From Okamejei kenojei (taxonomy: Eukaryota), in assembly GCA_035221665.1 (NCBI GenBank), contig CM069156.1:29574001-29638000 (forward strand): 64,000 nucleotides of DNA, written 5' to 3'. Shown here piece by piece: positions 60,604 to 64,000 of the stretch; position 1 is the first letter of the stretch, and each line of letters begins with the position of its first letter. The notes beneath the pieces were generated by a model, which did not search any database, had not been told where the DNA came from, and saw nothing but the letters and a program-made list of their open reading frames with translations. Made by a program: the position numbers and the translations under genes.

Positions 60604-60777
60604 GAAGGTAGACAAAAATGCTGGAGAAACTCAGTGCGTGAGGCAGCATCTATGGAGAAAAGGAGTAGGCGACGTTTCGGGTCGAGACCCTTCTTCAGAC
60701 CCGAAACGTCGCCTATTCCTTCTCTCCATAGATGCTGCCTCACCCGCTGAGTTTCTCCAGCATTTTCGTCTACTTTC
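60604..60777. mobile_element. Near-perfect fold-back Penelope-derived palindrome (~80-bp arms)
   Basis: GAAGGTAGACAAAAATGCTGGAGAAACTCAG...GACGTTTCGGGTC / GACCCGAAACGTC...CTGAGTTTCTCCAGCATTTTCGTCTACTTTC. Confidence 0.9.
60671..60700 (-). ncRNA. Minimal hammerhead ribozyme motif (Penelope-type), consensus-perfect
   Basis: Minus strand gtCTGAAGA A GGGT CTCG ACCC GAAAC GTC followed by gcct (short stem I possible with upstream gggt). Confidence 0.65.
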
Positions 60778-60809
60778 ATTCAAATAGTACCTTTGACACA
60801 TTTAAACAT

Positions 60810-61262
60810 TCCAACATGATAGAAGTATATAAAATTATTCATGGCGTAGATAGGGTGGCCAGAACCATTTCCCCAGGGTGGAAATATCAAAGACTAGAGG
60901 GCATAGCTTTAAAGTGACAAGGGCAAAGTTTAAAGAAAATGTGCAGAACAGGTTTTTTATACAGAGGGTGGTTGGTGCCAAGACCTCTGAATGCCACCTG
61001 TAATTCAACAATTTCCCATCCTTTGGGAACCTACTTATAGCTATTGACAGCTACCTGGCACTGTCCTAACATGGCATCTTATCCTGGAATGCTCCCAGGT
61101 GTGATGGTGGAGTCAGATACCATGGCGGCATTTTAGATGGGGACATGGATGAGCTGGGAATGGAGGGATATGGATCACGTGCAGGTGTATCTTGGCATCA
61201 TGTTCTGTGTGGACATGTGGGGCAAAGGGCCTGTTCCTATGCTGTACTATGTTCTATGATCT
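60810..61262 (+). mobile_element. Old CR1 3' fragment with ~100-bp interruption
   Basis: TGATAGAAGTATATAAAATTAT...ACAGAGGGTGGTTGGTGCC, resuming CCTGGAATGCT...AAGGGCCTGTTCCTATGCTGTACT. Confidence 0.8.
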
Positions 61263-61554
61263 AATAAAAGACCACTGTTATGAACAAACAGGCCTTTAAT
61301 AACTTTGAGAAATTGTCCAATAACAATCTGGGTTTGTGTGGGAGTTTCAATGTTGGAAAATGTCCCAAGATATTTGGGTTTTTAATACACTGAAATGGAC
61401 TCTTTAGGCGGCGTTAGGATTGGTATCCAAACTTTTGTTTCTGGAGGCAGGGTGAGTGGAATTGGTTTAGAGAGAAGACAGATTAGTTGAAGGGAAGATT
61501 CCAGAGCTTGGGGCCTTGGCAGCTGAAGGCATGTCCCACCCAGTGCAAACTCCT

Positions 61555-61792
61555 TTTAGTCAGAGGGTGGTGAATCTGTGGAATTATTTGCCACAGAAGG
61601 CTGTAGAGACCAAGTCAATGGATATTTTTAAAGCCGAGAGATAGATCATTGATTAGTACGGGTGTCAGGGGTTTAAGGCAGGAGAATGGGGTTAGGAGGG
61701 AGAGATAGATCAGCCATGATTGAATGGTGGAGTAGACATGATGGGTCGAATGGCCTAATTCTTCTCCTATCACTTATGACATGACCTTATGA
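61555..61792 (+). mobile_element. CR1 3' end
   Basis: TTTAGTCAGAGGGTGGTGAATCTGTGGAATT...CAGCCATGATTGAATGG...GAATGGCCTAATTCT. Confidence 0.85.
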
Positions 61793-62009
61793 ACATAATG
61801 CTCCATTCCTTACTTCCTGAACCTGCTTATGCACTTTAAAATAATTGGAATGTATGAAATGTTTGATGATAAAACACAGAATGGAAAAGCAGAAAACGTT
61901 ATTTCTTACTGAGTTGCAGTAAGATACTGGAAACACAGACTTCGGTTGGCCTCATTTGACTAAGCTAGTTCTACAATAGACCTCAATGGACTGAGTTGTC
62001 AAGCTGTCA

Positions 62010-62178
62010 CTGAGCCCACTGAGTCCGCGCCAACGATCACCCCTACACTAGTACACATCCCACTGGTAAGTTATCCCACTTCTGTATCACACACACGAGG
62101 GGCACTTTACAGATGCCAATTAAGCCACAAACTTGCATGTATGGATTGTGTCGGAATCCGATGTACCTGGAGAAAACC
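62010..62178 (-). mobile_element. V-SINE 3' half (5' half resumes at 63934-64000, after the CR1 insertion)
   Basis: ...GATGTACCTGGAGAAAACC, then the CR1, then AAAGCCACACAGTCACAGGGAGAACGCACAAACTCC...CAGGATCGAAC. Confidence 0.75.
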
Positions 62179-63933
62179 TGGAGGACAGGAACAGGGAGGT
62201 AGGGGATCTGCATGTGTGGCTGAGGGGCTAGTGCAGGGAGCAAGGATTTAGATTTATAGACCACTGGGATCTCTTCTGGGATAGGGATGACCTGTACAAA
62301 AGGGAAGGGTTGCACCTTAACTGGAGGGGGACCAACGTTCTGGCAGGCAGGTTTGCTAGGGCGACACGTGTGGGTTTAAACTACATAGTGGGGGGGAGGG
62401 AATTGACAAATTGGGAGTATAAAGATGGAGTTAAAGGGGAAGTGAGTACAGGAAAAGTTACAAAAGACTCCCGAATTAATGGGAAGGAAAGTTTGAGAAG
62501 GGAAATGAGAGTAAGATCAGGGCCAATTGCGAGCGGTGTGAGAGGGGAGGTGAATACCAAAGTCAAAGTGTTGTATATGAGTGCGCGAAGTATAAGAAAT
62601 AAAGTGGACGAGCTTGAGGCTCAGTTAGAAATTGGCAAGTATGATGTTGTGGGAATTACAGGGACATGGCTGCAAGAGGGCCAGGGCTGGGAATAGTGTG
62701 GATAGAACTAAGGAATTGTAAGGGTAAAAAGACCCTAATGGGATTTATCTACAGCCCCCTCAAACAGTAGCCTGTATAGGGTGCTAGTTAAATCAAGTTA
62801 AAATTGGCATGTAGCAAAGGTAATGCTGTGGTTGTTATGGGAGGTTTCAACATGCAGGTAGACTGGGAAAATCAGGTTGGTACTGGACCCCAAGAAAGGG
62901 AGTTTGTGGACTGCCTCCGTGATAGATTCTTAGAGCAGCTTGTATTGGAGCCTACCAGGGAGAAAGCAATTTTGGATTTAGTGTTGTATAATGAACCGGA
63001 TTTGATAAGGGAACTTGAGGTTAAGGAGCCATTAGGAGGTAGTGACCATAATATGGTAAGTTTTAATATACAATTTGAGAGGGAGAAGGGTAAAGTGGAG
63101 GTGTCAGTGTTACAGTTGAACAAAGGGGACTATGGGGCCATGAGGGAGGAGCTGGCCAAGTTGGGTGAGTGGGCAGATGCATGGCAGATGTAGTTTAATG
63201 TGGACAAATGTGAAGTTATCCACTTTGGTAGCAAAAACAGGTTATCTAAAGGGTGTCAAGTTGGGAAAACGGGATCTGGGGGTCCTTGTTCATCAGTCAA
63301 TGAAAGTAAGCATGCAGGTACAGCAGGCAGTGAAGAAAGCGAATGGCATGTTGGACTTTACAACAAAAGGAGATGAGTATAGGAGCAAGGAGGTCCTTCT
63401 GCAGTTGTACAGGGCCCTGGACTTTCTTGCTATTAAGGGAGTGCAGTGTAGGTTTACAAGGTTAATTCCCGGGATGGCTGGACTGTCATATGGTGAGAGA
63501 ATGGAGCGGCTGGGCTTGTATACTCTGGAATTTAGAAGAATGAGAGGGCATCTTATTGAAACATGTAAGATTATCACTGGTTTGGACACGCTAGTGGCAG
63601 GAAACATGTTTCTGATAGTGGGGAGCCCAGAACCAGGCACCACAGTTTAAGACTAATGGGTAAGCCATTTAGAACAGAGATGAGGAAACATTTTTTCACA
63701 CAGAGAGTTGTGAGTCTGTGGAATTCTCTGCCTCAGAGGGCGGTGGAGGCCGGTTCTCTGGATACTTTTAAGAGAGAGCTAGATAGGGCTCTTAAAGATA
63801 GCGGAGTCAGGGGATATAGGGAGAAGGCGAGTACAGGGTACTGATTGGGGATGATCAGCTATGATCACATTGAATGGCGGTGCTGGCTGGAACGGCCGAA
63901 TGGCCTACTCCTACACCTATTGTCTATTGTCTA
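62179..63933 (+). mobile_element. Internally deleted CR1: ORF1 esterase C-terminus, ORF2 endonuclease, RT C-terminus and 3' UTR
   Basis: DHWDLFWDRDDLYKREGLHLNWRGTNVLA (ORF1); YMSARSIRNKVDEL..DVVGITGTWL, MGGFN, ILDLVL, GSDHNM (APE domain); direct jump to LGEWADAWQM; tail CCTATTGTCTATTGTCTA. Confidence 0.93.
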
Positions 63934-64000
63934 AAAGCCACACAGTCACAGGGAGAACGCACAAACTCCGCAAAGGCAGCAGCCGCAGTCAGGATCGAAC

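Overview
Repeat-dense, apparently non-coding vertebrate DNA. The repeat repertoire (HE1-type V-SINEs sharing a 3' tail with CR1/HER1 LINEs, Deu-domain SINEs) points to a cartilaginous fish, probably a skate or ray (inference). I could not recognise any host protein-coding exon, and every ORF with recognisable homology is transposon-derived. The window contains the 3' end of a probable non-autonomous Helitron carrying a G-rich minisatellite (1-1325), an IR/DR Tc1 element (7735-9553) and a full-length minus-strand L1 (11073-18535). It also holds many CR1 fragments, a near-intact 5'-truncated Rex1/Babar LINE, a Penelope RT/GIY-YIG element, R2-Hero and RTE fragments, PIF/Harbinger and hAT MITEs, and about 20 V-SINEs. 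The most notable signal is a dense family of about 20 short Penelope-terminus-derived elements carrying a minimal hammerhead-ribozyme motif (CTGAAGA-A-GGGT CTCG ACCC-GAAACGTC). Several are fold-back palindromes with flanking direct repeats. About 6.4-19.2 kb looks like indel-rich, low-accuracy long-read consensus. Family names come from motif recognition, not database searches. Boundaries of degenerate repeats are approximate.
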